A stretch of DNA of 64,000 nucleotides from Auanema rhodensis (Eukaryota > Animalia > Nematoda): the NCBI GenBank assembly GCA_964057225.1, contig CAXKVF010000086.1:124001-188000 (forward strand). The letters run 5' to 3'. Under the pieces are notes generated by a model. The model did not search any database. It was given only the letters and a program-made list of their open reading frames with translations, and had not been told where the DNA came from. Each line of letters opens with the position of its first letter. Positions within the stretch are counted from its first letter, which is position 1. Positions 13,377 to 28,251 of the stretch are shown piece by piece. A program made the translations under genes and the position numbers.

Positions 13377-14960
13377 ACCGCATCTCTTTATCTTTCACGT
13401 GAAGCGAGTTACATACCAAGTGCACATCACGTGTACATTTAATTAGCATAAATTAAAGTTCACGTAAAATTCAAAGTCATGGTTACCATGCACCAATATC
13501 AATAAAAATTTGTTTTTAGACTAATATGGACATGGAGAATCTAATTTTGAAAACCGCATCTCTTTATCTTTCACGTGAAGCGAGTTACATACCAAGTGCA
13601 CATCACGTACACATTTAATTAGCATAAATTAAAGTTCACGTAAATTTCAAAGTCATGGTTACCATGAACCAATATCAATAAAAATTTGTTTTTAGACTAA
13701 TATGGACATGGGGAATCTAATTTTGGAAACCGCATCTCTTTATCTTTCACGTGAAGCGAGTTACATACCAAGTGCACATCACGTGTACATTTAATTAGCA
13801 TAAATTAAAGTTCACGTAAATTTCAAAGTCATGGTTACCATGAACCAATATCAATAAAAATTTGTTTTTAGACTAATATGGACATGGGGAATCTAATTTT
13901 GAAAACCGCATCTCTTTATCTTTCACGTGAAGCGAGTTACATACCAAGTGCACATCACGTGTACATTTAATTAGCATAAATTAAAGTTCACGTAAATTTC
14001 AAAGTCATGGTTACCATGCACCAATATCAATAAAAATTTGTTTTTTGACTAATATGGACATGGGGAATCTAATTTTGAAAACCGCATCTCTTTATCTTTC
14101 ACGTGAAGCGAGTTACATACCAAGTGCACATCACGTGTACATTTAATTAGCATAAATTAAAGTTCACGTAAAATTCAAAGTCATGGTTACCATGCACCAA
14201 TATCAATAAAAATTTGTTTTTAGACTAATATGGACATGGAGAATCTAATTTTGAAAACCGCATCTCTTTATCTTTCACGTGAAGCGAGTTACATACCAAG
14301 TGCACATCACGTGTACATTTAATTAGCATAAATTAAAGTTCACGTAAAATTCAAAGTCATGGTTACCATGCACCAATATCAATAAAAATTTGTTTTTAGA
14401 CTAATATGGACATGGAGAATCTAATTTTGAAAACCGCATCTCTTTATCTTTCACGTGAAGCGAGTTACATACCAAGTGCACATCACGTACACATTTAATT
14501 AGCATAAATTAAAGTTCACGTAAATTTCAAAGTCATGGTTACCATGAACCAATATCAATAAAAATTTGTTTTTAGACTAATATGGACATGGGGAATCTAA
14601 TTTTGGAAACCGCATCTCTTTATCTTTCACGTGAAGCGAGTTACATACCAAGTGCACATCACGTGTACATTTAATTAGCATAAATTAAAGTTCACGTAAA
14701 TTTCAAAGTCATGGTTACCATGAACCAATATCAATAAAAATTTGTTTTTAGACTAATATGGACATGGGGAATCTAATTTTGAAAACCGCATCTCTTTATC
14801 TTTCACGTGAAGCGAGTTACATACCAAGTGCACATCACGTGTACATTTAATTAGCATAAATTAAAGTTCACGTAAATTTCAAAGTCATGGTTACCATGCA
14901 CCAATATCAATAAAAATTTGTTTTTTGACTAATATGGACATGGGGAATCTAATTTTGAAA
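13377..14960. repeat. Four-monomer block duplicated at an 880-bp (5-monomer) offset
   Basis: Rare variants recur at +880: GGAGA 13536/14416, GT>AC 13609/14489, TTTTGG 13726/14606, TTTTTTG in 14041-14047/14921-14927. Confidence 0.9.
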
Positions 14961-15840
14961 ACCGCATCTCTTTATCTTTCACGTGAAGCGAGTTACATAC
15001 CAAGTGCTTATCACGTGTACATTTAATTAGCATAAATTAAAGTTCACGTAAATTTCAAAGTCATGGTTACCATGAACCAATATCAATAAAAATTTGTTTT
15101 TAGACTAATATGGACATGGGGAATCTAATTTTGAAAACCGCATCTCTTTATCTTTCACGTGAAGCGAGTTACATACCAAGTGCACATCACGTGTACATTT
15201 AATTAGCATAAATTAAAGTTCACGTAAATTTCAAAGTCATGGTTACCATGAACCTATATCAATAAAAATTTGTTTTTAGACTAATATGGACATGGGGAAT
15301 CTAATTTTGAAAACCGCATCTCTTTATCTTTCATGTGAAGCGAGTTACATACCAAGTGCACATCACGTGTACATTTAATTAGCATAAATTAAAGTTCACG
15401 TAAATTTCAAAGTCATGGTTACCATGAACCTATATCAATAAAAATTTGTTTTTAGACTAATATGGACATGGGGAATCTAATTTTGAAAACCGCATCTCTT
15501 TATCTTTCACGTGAAGCGAGTTACATACCAAGTGCACATCACGTGTACATTTAATTAGCATAAATTAAAGTTCACGTAAATTTCAAAGTCATGGTTACCA
15601 TGAAGCAATATCAATAAAAATTTGTTTTTAGACTAATATGGACATGGGGAATCTAATTTTGAAAACCGCATCTCTTTATCTTTCACGTGAAGCGAGTTAC
15701 ATACCAAGTGCACATCACGTGTACATTTAATTAGCATAAATTAAAGTTCACGTAAATTTCAAAGTCATGGTTACCATGAACCAATATCAATAAAAATTTG
15801 TTTTTAGACTAATATGGACATGGGGAATCTAATTTTGAAA

Positions 15841-17776
15841 ACCGCATCTCTTTATCTTTCACGTGAAGCGAGTTACATACCAAGTGCACATCACGTGTAC
15901 ATTTAATTAGCATAAATTAAAGTTCACGTAAATTTCAAAGTCATGGTTACCATGAACCAATATCAATAAAAATTTGTTTTTAGACTAATATGGACATGGG
16001 GAATCTAATTTCAAAAACCGCATCTCTTCATCTTTCACGTGAAGCGAGTTACATACCAAGTGCACATCACGTGTACATTTAATTAGCATAAATTAAAGTT
16101 CACGTAAATTTCAAAGTCATGGTTACCATGCACCAATATCAATAAAAATTCGTTTTTAGACTAATATGGACATGGAGAATCTAATTTTGAAAACCGCATC
16201 TCTTTATCTTTCACGTGAAGCGAGTTACATACCAAGTGCACATCACGTGTACATTTAATTAGCATAAATTAAAGTTCACGTAAATTTCAAAGTCATGGTT
16301 ACCATGAAGCAATATCAATAAAAATTTGTTTTTAGACTAATATGGACATGTGGAATCTAATTTTGGAAACCGCATCTCTTTATCTTTCACGTGAAGCGAG
16401 TTACATACCAAGTGCACATCACGTGTACATTTAATTAGCATAAATTAAAGTTCACGTAAATTTCAAAGTCATGGTTACCATGAACCAATATCAATAAAAA
16501 TTTGTTTTTAGACTAATATGGACATGGGGAATCTAATTTTGAAAACCGCATCTCTTTATCTTTCACGTGAAGCGAGTTACTTACCAAGTGCACATCACGT
16601 GTACATTTAATTAGCATAAATTAAAGTTCACGTAAATTTCAAAGTCATGGTTACCATGAAGCAATATCAATAAAAATTTGTTTTTAGACTAATATGGACA
16701 TGGGGAATCTAATTTTGAAAACCGCATCTCTTTATCTTTCACGTGAAGCGAGTTACATACCAAGTGCACATCACGTGTACATTTAATTAGCATAAATTAA
16801 AGTTCACGTAAATTTCAAAGTCATGGTTACCATGAACCAATATCAATAAAAATTTGTTTTTAGACTAATATGGACATGGGGAATCTAATTTTGAAAACCG
16901 CATCTCTTTATCTTTCACGTGAAGCGAGTTACATACCAAGTGCACATCACGTGTACATTTAATTAGCATAAATTAAAGTTCACGTAAATTTCAAAGTCAT
17001 GGTTACCATGAACCAATATCAATAAAAATTTGTTTTTAGACTAATATAGACATGGGGAATCTAATTTTGAAAACCGCATCTCTTTATCTTTCACGTGAAG
17101 CGAGTTACATACCAAGTGCACATCACGTGTACATTTAATTAGCATAAATTAAAGTTCACGTAAATTTCAAAGTCATGGTTACCATGAACCAATATCAAAA
17201 AAATTTGTTTTTAGACTAATATGGACATGGGGAATCTAATTTTGAAAACCGCATCTCTTTATCTTTCACGTGAAGCGAGTTACATACCAAGTGCACATCA
17301 CGTGTACATTTAATTAGCATAAATTAAAGTTCACGTAAATTTCAAAGTCATGGTTACCATGAACCAATATCAATAAAAATTTGTTTTTAGACTAATATGG
17401 ACATGGGGAATCTAATTTCAAAAACCGCATCTCTTTATCTTTCACGTGAAGCGAGTTACATACCAAGTGCACATCACGTGTACATTTAATTAGCATAAAT
17501 TAAAGTTCACGTAAATTTCAAAGTCATGGTTACCATGCACCAATATCAATAAAAATTTGTTTTTAGACTAATATGGACATGGAGAATCTAATTTTGAAAA
17601 CCGCATCTCTTTATCTTTCACGTGAAGCGAGTTACATACCAAGTGCACATCACGTGTACATTTAATTAGCATAAATTAAAGTTCACGTAAATTTCAAAGT
17701 CATGGTTACCATGAAGCAATATCAATAAAAATTTGTTTTTAGACTAATATGGACATGTGGAATCTAATTTTGAAAA
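15841..17776. repeat. Block repeated at a 1407-bp offset (8 monomers minus 1 bp)
   Basis: TG>CA 16012/17419, G160A 16176/17583 and G159T 16351/17758 all sit 1407 bp apart; a 1-bp deletion lies between the copies. Confidence 0.8.
17197..17203. other. 1-bp deletion giving a 175-bp monomer (CAATAAAAA becomes CAAAAAAA)
   Basis: The T127 is missing, leaving an A7 run, and array phase shifts by -1. Could be a homopolymer sequencing error. Confidence 0.85.
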
Positions 17777-20700
17777 CCGCATCTCTTTATCTTTCACGTG
17801 AAGCGAGTTACATACCAAGTGCACATCACGTGTACATTTAATTAGCATAAATTAAAGTTCACGTAAATTTCAAAGTCATGGTTACCATGAACCAATATCA
17901 ATAAAAATTTGTTTTTAGACTAATATGGACATGGGGAATCTAATTTTGAAAACCGCATCTCTTTATCTTTCACGTGAAGCGAGTTACATACCAAGTGCAC
18001 ATCACGTGTACATTTAATTAGCATAAATTAAAGTTCACGTAAATTTCAAAGTCATGGTTACCATGAAGCAATATCAATAAAAATTTGTTTTTAGACTAAT
18101 ATGGACATGTGGAATCTAATTTTGAAAACCGCATCTCTTTATCTTTCACGTGAAGCGAGTTACATACCAAGTGCACATCACGTGTACATTTAATTAGCAT
18201 AAATTAAAGTTCACGTAAATTTCAAAGTCATGGTTACCATGAACCAATATCGATAAAAATTTGTTTTTAGACTAATATGGACATGGGGAATCTAATTTTG
18301 AAAACCGCATCTCTTTATCTTTCACGTGAAGCGAGTTACATACCAAGTGCACATCACGTGTACATTTAATTAGCATAAATTAAAGTTCACGTAAATTTCA
18401 AAGTCATGGTTACCATGAAGCAATATCAATAAAAATTTGTTTTTAGACTAATATGGACATGGGGAATCTAATTTTGAAAACCGCATCTCTTTATCTTTCA
18501 CGTGAAGCGAGTTACATACCAAGTGCACATCACGTGTACATTTAATTAGCATAAATTAAAGTTCACGTAAATTTCAAAGTCATGGTTACCATGAACCAAT
18601 ATCAATAAAAATTGGTTTTTAGACTAATATGGACATGGGGAATCTAATTTTGAAAACCGCATCTCTTTATCTTTCACGTGAAGCGAGTTACATACCAAGT
18701 GCACATCACGTGTACATTTAATTAGCATAAATTAAAGTTCACGTAAATTTCAAAGTCATGGTTACCATGAACCAATATCAATAAAAATTTGTTTTTAGAC
18801 TAATATAGACATGGGGAATCTAATTTTGAAAACCGCATCTCTTTATCTTTCACGTGAAGCGAGTTACATACCAAGTGCACATCACGTGTACATTTAATTA
18901 GCATAAATTAAAGTTCACGTAAATTTCAAAGTCATGGTTACCATGAACCAATATCAATAAAAATTTGTTTTTAGACTAATATGGACATGGGGAATCTAAT
19001 TTTGAAAACCGCATTTCTTTATCTTTCACGTGAAGCGAGTTACATACCAAGTGCACATCACGTGTACATTTAATTAGCATAAATTAAAGTTCACGTAAAA
19101 TTCAAAGTCATGGTTACCATGAACCAATATCAATAAAAATTTGTTTTTAGACTAATATGGACATGGAGAATCTAATTTTGAAAACCGCATCTCTTTATCT
19201 TTCACGTGAAGCGAGTTACATACCAAGTGCACATCACGTGTACATTTAATTAGCATAAATTAAAGTTCACGTAAATTTCAAAGTCATGGTTACCATGAAC
19301 CAATATCAATAAAAATTTGTTTTTAGACTAATATGGACATGGGGAATCTAATTTTGAAAACCGCATCTCTTTATCTTTCACGTGAAGCGAGTTACATACC
19401 AAGTGCACATCACGTGTACATTTAATTAGCATAAATTAAAGTTCACGTAAATTTCAAAGTCATGGTTACCATGAACCAATATCAATAAAAATTTGTTTTT
19501 AGACTAATATAGACATGGGGAATCTAATTTTGAAAACCGCATCTCTTTATCTTTCACGTGAAGCGAGTTACATACCAAGTGCACATCACGTGTACATTTA
19601 ATTAGCATAAATTAAAGTTCACGTAAATTTCAAAGTCATGGTTACCATGAACCAATATCAATAAAAATTTGTTTTTAGACTAATATGGACATGGGGAATC
19701 TAATTTTGAAAACCGCATCTCTTTATCTTTCACGTGAAGCGAGTTACATACCAAGTGCTTATCACGTGTACATTTAATTAGCATAAATTAAAGTTCACGT
19801 AAATTTCAAAGTCATGGTTACCATGAAGCAATATCAATAAAAATTTGTTTTTAGACTAATATGGACATGGGGAATCTAATTTTGAAAACCGCATCTCTTT
19901 ATCTTTCACGTGAAGCGAGTTACATACCAAGTGCACATCACGTGTACATTTAATTAGCATAAATTAAAGTTCACGTAAATTTCAAAGTCATGGTTACCAT
20001 GAACCAATATCAATAAAAATTTGTTTTTAGACTAATATGGACATGGGGAATCTAATTTTGAAAACCGCATCTCTTTATCTTTCACGTGAAGCGAGTTACA
20101 TACCAAGTGCACATCACGTGTACATTTAATTAGCATAAATTAAAGTTCACGTAAATTTCAAAGTCATGGTTACCATGAACCAATATCAATAAAAATTTGT
20201 TTTTAGACTAATATAGACATGGGGAATCTAATTTTGAAAACCGCATCTCTTTATCTTTCACGTGAAGCGAGTTACATACCAAGTGCACATCACGTGTACA
20301 TTTAATTAGCATAAATTAAAGTTCACGTAAATTTCAAAGTCATGGTTACCATGAACCAATATCAATAAAAATTTGTTTTTAGACTAATATGGACATGGGG
20401 AATCTAATTTTGAAAACCGCATTTCTTTATCTTTCACGTGAAGCGAGTTACATACCAAGTGCACATCACGTGTACATTTAATTAGCATAAATTAAAGTTC
20501 ACGTAAAATTCAAAGTCATGGTTACCATGAACCAATATCAATAAAAATTTGTTTTTAGACTAATATGGACATGGAGAATCTAATTTTGAAAACCGCATCT
20601 CTTTATCTTTCACGTGAAGCGAGTTACATACCAAGTGCACATCACGTGTACATTTAATTAGCATAAATTAAAGTTCACGTAAATTTCAAAGTCATGGTTA

Positions 20701-22135
20701 CCATGAACCAATATCAATAAAAATTTGTTTTTAGACTAATATGGACATGGGGAATCTAATTTTGAAAACCGCATCTCTTTATCTTTCACGTGAAGCGAGT
20801 TACATACCAAGTGCACATCACGTGTACATTTAATTAGCATAAATTAAAGTTCACGTAAATTTCAAAGTCATGGTTACCATGAACCAATATCAATAAAAAT
20901 TTGTTTTTAGACTAATATGGACATGGGGAATCTAATTTTGAAAACCGCATCTCTTTATCTTTCACGTGAAGCGAGTTACATACCAAGTGCTTATCACGTG
21001 TACATTTAATTAGCATAAATTAAAGTTCACGTAAATTTCAAAGTCATGGTTACCATGAACCAATATCAATAAAAATTTGTTTTTAGACTAATATGGACAT
21101 GGGGAATCTAATTTTGAAAACCGCATCTCTTTATCTTTCACGTGAAGCGAGTTACATACCAAGTGCACATCACGTGTACATTTAATTAGCATAAATTAAA
21201 GTTCACGTAAATTTCAAAGTCATGGTTACCATGAACCTATATCAATAAAAATTTGTTTTTAGACTAATATGGACATGGGGAATCTAATTTTGAAAACCGC
21301 ATCTCTTTATCTTTCACGTGAAGCGAGTTACATACCAAGTGCACATCACGTGTACATTTAATTAGCATAAATTAAAGTTCACGTAAATTTCAAAGTCATG
21401 GTTACCATGAAGCAATATCAATAAAAATTTGTTTTTAGACTAATATGGACATGGGGAATCTAATTATGAAAACCGCATCTCTTTATCTTTCACGTGAAGC
21501 GAGTTACATACCAAGTGCACATCACGTGTACATTTAATTAGCATAAATTAAAGTTCACGTAAATTTCAAAGTCATGGTTACCATGAACCAATATCAATAA
21601 AAATTTGTTTTTAGACTAATATGGACATGGGGAATCTAATTTTGAAAACCGCATCTCTTTATCTTTCACGTGAAGCGAGTTACATACCAAGTGCACATCA
21701 CGTGTACATTTAATTAGCATAAATTAAAGTTCACGTAAATTTCAAAGTCATGGTTACCATGAAGCAATATCAATAAAAATTTGTTTTTAGACTAATATGG
21801 ACATGTGGAATCTAATTTTGAAAACCGCATCTCTTTATCTTTCACGTGAAGCGAGTTACATACCAAGTGCACATCACGTGTACATTTAATTAGCATAAAT
21901 TAAAGTTCACGTAAATTTCAAAGTCATGGTTACCATGAACCAATATCAAAAAAAATTTGTTTTGAGACTAATATGGACATGTGGAATCTAATTTTGAAAA
22001 CCGCATCTCTTTATCTTTCACGTGAAGCGAGTTACATACCAAGTGCACATCACGTGTACATTTAATTAGCATAAATTAAAGTTCACGTAAATTTCAAAGT
22101 CATGGTTACCATGAAGCAATATCAATAAAAATTTG

Positions 22136-22227
22136 TTTTTAGACTAATATGGACATGGGGAATCTAATTTTGAAAACCGCATTTTTAGACTAATATGGAC
22201 ATGGGGAATCTAATTTTGAAAACCGCA
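22136..22227. repeat. 46-bp tandem duplication (equivalently a monomer with a 130-bp deletion), copy 1
   Basis: TTTTTAGACTAATATGGACATGGGGAATCTAATTTTGAAAACCGCA occurs at 22136-22181 and again at 22182-22227. Confidence 0.95.
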
Positions 22228-23061
22228 TCTCTTTATCTTTCACGTGAAGCGAGTTACATACCAAGTGCACATCACGTGTACATTTAATTAGCATAAATTA
22301 AAGTTCACGTAAATTTCAAAGTCATGGTTACCATGAACCAATATCAATAAAAATTTGTTTTTAGACTAATATGGACATGGGGAATCTAATTTTGAAAACC
22401 GCATCTCTTTATCTTTCACGTGAAGCGAGTTACATACCAAGTGCACATCACGTGTACATTTAATTAGCATAAATTAAAGTTCACGTAAATTTCAAAGTCA
22501 TGGTTACCATGAAGCAATATCAATAAAAATTTGTTTTTAGACTAATATGGACATGTGGAATCTAATTTTGAAAACCGCATCTCTTTATCTTTCACGTGAA
22601 GCGAGTTACATACCAAGTGCACATCACGTGTACATTTAATTAGCATAAATTAAAGTTCACGTAAATTTCAAAGTCATGGTTACCATGAACCAATATCAAA
22701 AAAAATTTGTTTTGAGACTAATATGGACATGTGGAATCTAATTTTGAAAACCGCATCTCTTTATCTTTCACGTGAAGCGAGTTACATACCAAGTGCACAT
22801 CACGTGTACATTTAATTAGCATAAATTAAAGTTCACGTAAATTTCAAAGTCATGGTTACCATGAACCAATATCAATAACAATTTGTTTTTAGACTAATAT
22901 GGACATGGGGAATCTAATTTTGAAAACCGCATCTCTTTATCTTTCACGTGAAGCGAGTTACATACCAAGTGCACATCACGTGTACATTTAATTAGCATAA
23001 ATTAAAGTTCACGTAAATTTCAAAGTCATGGTTACCATGAAGCAATATCAATAAAAATTTG

Positions 23062-23153
23062 TTTTTAGACTAATATGGACATGGGGAATCTAATTTTGAA
23101 AACCGCATTTTTAGACTAATATGGACATGGGGAATCTAATTTTGAAAACCGCA
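23062..23153. repeat. 46-bp tandem duplication, copy 2 (identical junction)
   Basis: Same unit at 23062-23107 and 23108-23153; offset from copy 1 is 926 = 5x176 + 46. Confidence 0.95.
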
Positions 23154-25787
23154 TCTCTTTATCTTTCACGTGAAGCGAGTTACATACCAAGTGCACATCA
23201 CGTGTACATTTAATTAGCATAAATTAAAGTTCACGTAAATTTCAAAGTCATGGTTACCATGAACCAATATCAATAAAAATTTGTTTTTAGACTAATATGG
23301 ACATGGGGAATCTAATTTCAAAAACCGCATCTCTTTATCTCTCACGTGAAGCGAGTTACATACCAAGTGCACATCACGTCTACATTTAATTAGCATAAAT
23401 TAAAGTTCACGTAAATTTCAAAGTCATGGTTACCATGCACCAATATCAATAAAAATTTGTTTTTAGACTAATATGGACATGGGGAATCTAATTTTGAAAA
23501 CCGCATCTCTTTATCTTTCACGTGAAGCGAGTTACATACCAAGTGCACATCACGTGTACATTTAATTAGCATAAATTAAAGTTCACGTAAATTTCAAAGT
23601 CATGGTTACCATGAACCTATATCAATAAAAATTTGTTTTTAGACTAATATGGACATGGGGAATCTAATTTTGAAAACCGCATCTCTTTATCTTTCACGTG
23701 AAGCGAGTTACATACCAAGTGCACATCACGTGTACATTTAATTAGCATAAATTAAAGTTCACGTAAATTTCAAAGTCATGGTTACCATGAAGCAATATCA
23801 ATAAAAATTTGTTTTTAGACTAATATGGACATGGGGAATCTAATTATGAAAACCGCATCTCTTTATCTTTCACGTGAAGCGAGTTACATACCAAGTGCAC
23901 ATCACGTGTACATTTAATTAGCATAAATTAAAGTTCACGTAAATTTCAAAGTCATGGTTACCATGAACCAATATCAATAAAAATTTGTTTTTAGACTAAT
24001 ATGGACATGGGGAATCTAATTTTGAAAACCGCATCTCTTTATCTTTCACGTGAAGCGAGTTACATACCAAGTGCACATCACGTGTACATTTAATTAGCAT
24101 AAATTAAAGTTCACGTAAATTTCAAAGTCATGGTTACCATGAAGCAATATCAATAAAAATTTGTTTTTAGACTAATATGGACATGTGGAATCTAATTTTG
24201 AAAACCGCATCTCTTTATCTTTCACGTGAAGCGAGTTACATACCAAGTGCACATCACGTGTACATTTAATTAGCATAAATTAAAGTTCACGTAAATTTCA
24301 AAGTCATGGTTACCATGAACCAATATCAAAAAAAATTTGTTTTGAGACTAATATGGACATGTGGAATCTAATTTTGAAAACCGCATCTCTTTATCTTTCA
24401 CGTGAAGCGAGTTACATACCAAGTGCACATCACGTGTACATTTAATTAGCATAAATTAAAGTTCACGTAAATTTCAAAGTCATGGTTACCATGAACCAAT
24501 ATCAATAACAATTTGTTTTTAGACTAATATGGACATGGGGAATCTAATTTTGAAAACCGCATCTCTTTATCTTTCACGTGAAGCGAGTTACATACCAAGT
24601 GCACATCACGTGTACATTTAATTAGCATAAATTAAAGTTCACGTAAATTTCAAAGTCATGGTTACCATGAAGCAATATCAATAAAAATTTGTTTTTAGAC
24701 TAATATGGACATGGGGAATCTAATTTTGAAAACCGCATCTCTTTATCTTTCACGTGAAGCGAGTTACATACCAAGTGCACATCACGTGTACATTTAATTA
24801 GCATAAATTAAAGTTCACGTAAATTTCAAAGTCATGGTTACCATGAACCAATATCAATAAAAATTTGTTCTTAGACTAATATGGACATGGGGAATCTAAT
24901 TTTGAAAACCGCATCTCTTTATCTTTCACGTGAAGCGAGTTACATACCAAGTGCACATCACGTGTACATTTAATTAGCATAAATTAAAGTTCACGTAAAT
25001 TTCAAAGTCATGGTTACCATGAACCAATATCAATAAAAATTTGTTTTTAGACTAATATGGACATGGGGAATCTAATTTTGAAAACCGCATCTCTTTATCT
25101 TTCACGTGAAGCGAGTTACATACCAAGTGCACATCACGTGTACATTTAATTAGCATAAATTAAAGTTCACGTAAATTTCAAAGTCATGGTTACCATGAAG
25201 CAATATCAATAAAAATTTGTTTTTAGACTAATATGGACATGGGGAATCTAATTTTGAAAACCGCATCTCTTTATCTTTCACGTGAAGCGAGTTACATACC
25301 AAGTGCACATCACGTGTACATTTAATTAGCATAAATTAAAGTTCACGTAAATTTCAAAGTCATGGTTACCATGAACCAATATCAATAAAAATTTGTTTTT
25401 AGACTAATATGGACATGGGGAATCTAATTTTGAAAACCGCATCTCTTTATCTTTCACGTGAAGCGAGTTACATACCAAGTGCACATCACGTGTACATTTA
25501 ATTAGCATAAATTAAAGTTCACGTAAATTTCAAAGTCATGGTTACCATGAACCAATATCAATAAAAATTTGTTTTTAGACTAATATGGACATGGGGAATC
25601 TAATTTTGAAAACCGCATCTCTTTATCTTTCACGTGAAGCGAGTTACATACCAAGTGCACATCACGTGTACATTTAATTAGCATAAATTAAAGTTCACGT
25701 AAATTTCAAAGTCATGGTTACCATGAACCAATATCAATAAAAATTTGTTTTTAGACTAATATGGACATGGGGAATCTAATTTTGAAA

Positions 25788-28251
25788 ACCGCATCTCTTT
25801 ATCTTTCACGTGAAGCGAGTTACATACCAAGTGCACATCACGTGTACATTTAATTAGCATAAATTAAAGTTCACGTAAATTTCAAAGTCATGGTTACCAT
25901 GAACCAATATCAATAAAAATTTGTTTTTAGACTAATATGGACATGGGGAATCTAATTTTGAAAACCGCATCTCTTTATCTTTCACGTGAAGCGAGTTACA
26001 TACCAAGTGCACATCACGTGTACATTTAATTAGCATAAATTAAAGTTCACGTAAATTTCAAAGTCATGGTTACCCTGAACCAATATCAATAAAAATTTGT
26101 TTTTAGACTAATATGGACATGGGGAATCTAATTTTGAAAACCGCATCTCTTTATCTTTCACGTGAAGCGAGTTACATACCAAGTGCACATCACGTGTACA
26201 TTTAATTAGCATAAATTAAAGTTCACGTAAATTTCAAAGTCATGGTTACCATGCACCAATATCAATAAAAATTTGTTCTTAGACTAATATGGACATGGGG
26301 AATCTAATTTTGAAAACCGCATCTCTTTATCTTTCACGTGAAGCGAGTTACATACCAAGTGCACATCACGTGTACATTTAATTAGCATAAATTAAAGTTC
26401 ACGTAAATTTCAAAGTCATGGTTACCATGAACCAATATCAATAAAAATTTGTTTTTAGACTAATATGGACATGGGGAATCTAATTTTGAAAACCGCATCT
26501 CTTTATCTTTCACGTGAAGCGAGTTACATACCAAGTGCACATCACGTGTACATTTAATTAGCATAAATTAAAGTTCACGTAAATTTCAAAGTCATGGTTA
26601 CCATGCACCAATATCAATAAAAATTTGTTCTTAGACTAATATGGACATGGGGAATCTAATTTTGAAAACCGCATCTCTTTATCTTTCACGTGAAGCGAGT
26701 TACATACCAAGTGCACATCACGTGTACATTTAATTAGCATAAATTAAAGTTCACGTAAATTTCAAAGTCATGGTTACCATGAACCAATATCAATAAAAAT
26801 TTGTTTTTAGACTAATATGGACATGGGGAATCTAATTTTGAAAACCGCATCTCTTTATCTTTCACGTGAAGCGAGTTACATACCAAGTGCACATCACGTG
26901 TACATTTAATTAGCATAAATTAAAGTTCACGTAAACTTCAAAGTCATGGTTACCGTGAAGCAATATCAATAAAAATTTGTTTTTAGACTAATATGGACAT
27001 GGGGAATCTAATTTTGAAAACCGCATCTCTTTATCTTTCACGTGAAGCGAGTTACATACCAAGTGCACATCACGTGTACATTTAATTAGCATAAATTAAA
27101 GTTCACGTAAATTTCAAAGTCATGGTTACCATGAACCAATATCAATAAAAATTTGTTTTTAGACTAATATGGACATGGGGAATCTAATTTTGAAAACCGC
27201 ATCTCTTTATCTTTCACGTGAAGCGAGTTACATACCAAGTGCACATCACGTGTACATTTAATTAGCATAAATTAAAGTTCACGTAAATTTCAAAGTCATG
27301 GTTACCCTGAACCAATATCAATAAAAATTTGTTTTTAGACTAATATGGACATGGGGAATCTAATTTTGAAAACCGCATCTCTTTATCTTTCACGTGAAGC
27401 GAGTTACATACCAAGTGCACATCACGTGTACATTTAATTAGCATAAATTAAAGTTCACGTAAATTTCAAAGTCATGGTTACCATGCACCAATATCAATAA
27501 AAATTTGTTCTTAGACTAATATGGACATGGGGAATCTAATTTTGAAAACCGCATCTCTTTATCTTTCACGTGAAGCGAGTTACATACCAAGTGCACATCA
27601 CGTGTACATTTAATTAGCATAAATTAAAGTTCACGTAAATTTCAAAGTCATGGTTACCATGAACCAATATCAATAAAAATTTGTTTTTAGACTAATATGG
27701 ACATGGGGAATCTAATTTTGAAAACCGCATCTCTTTATCTTTCACGTGAAGCGAGTTACATACCAAGTGCACATCACGTGTACATTTAATTAGCATAAAT
27801 TAAAGTTCACGTAAATTTCAAAGTCATGGTTACCATGCACCAATATCAATAAAAATTTGTTCTTAGACTAATATGGACATGGGGAATCTAATTTTGAAAA
27901 CCGCATCTCTTTATCTTTCACGTGAAGCGAGTTACATACCAAGTGCACATCACGTGTACATTTAATTAGCATAAATTAAAGTTCACGTAAATTTCAAAGT
28001 CATGGTTACCATGAACCAATATCAATAAAAATTTGTTTTTAGACTAATATGGACATGGGGAATCTAATTTTGAAAACCGCATCTCTTTATCTTTCACGTG
28101 AAGCGAGTTACATACCAAGTGCACATCACGTGTACATTTAATTAGCATAAATTAAAGTTCACGTAAACTTCAAAGTCATGGTTACCGTGAAGCAATATCA
28201 ATAAAAATTTGTTTTTAGACTAATATGGACATGGGGAATCTAATTTTGAAA
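25788..28251. repeat. 7-monomer higher-order unit (1232 bp), two tandem copies
   Basis: A112C at 26075/27307 and A112G at 26955/28187, with T139C monomers at matching positions; offsets are 1232. Boundaries are approximate. Confidence 0.9.
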
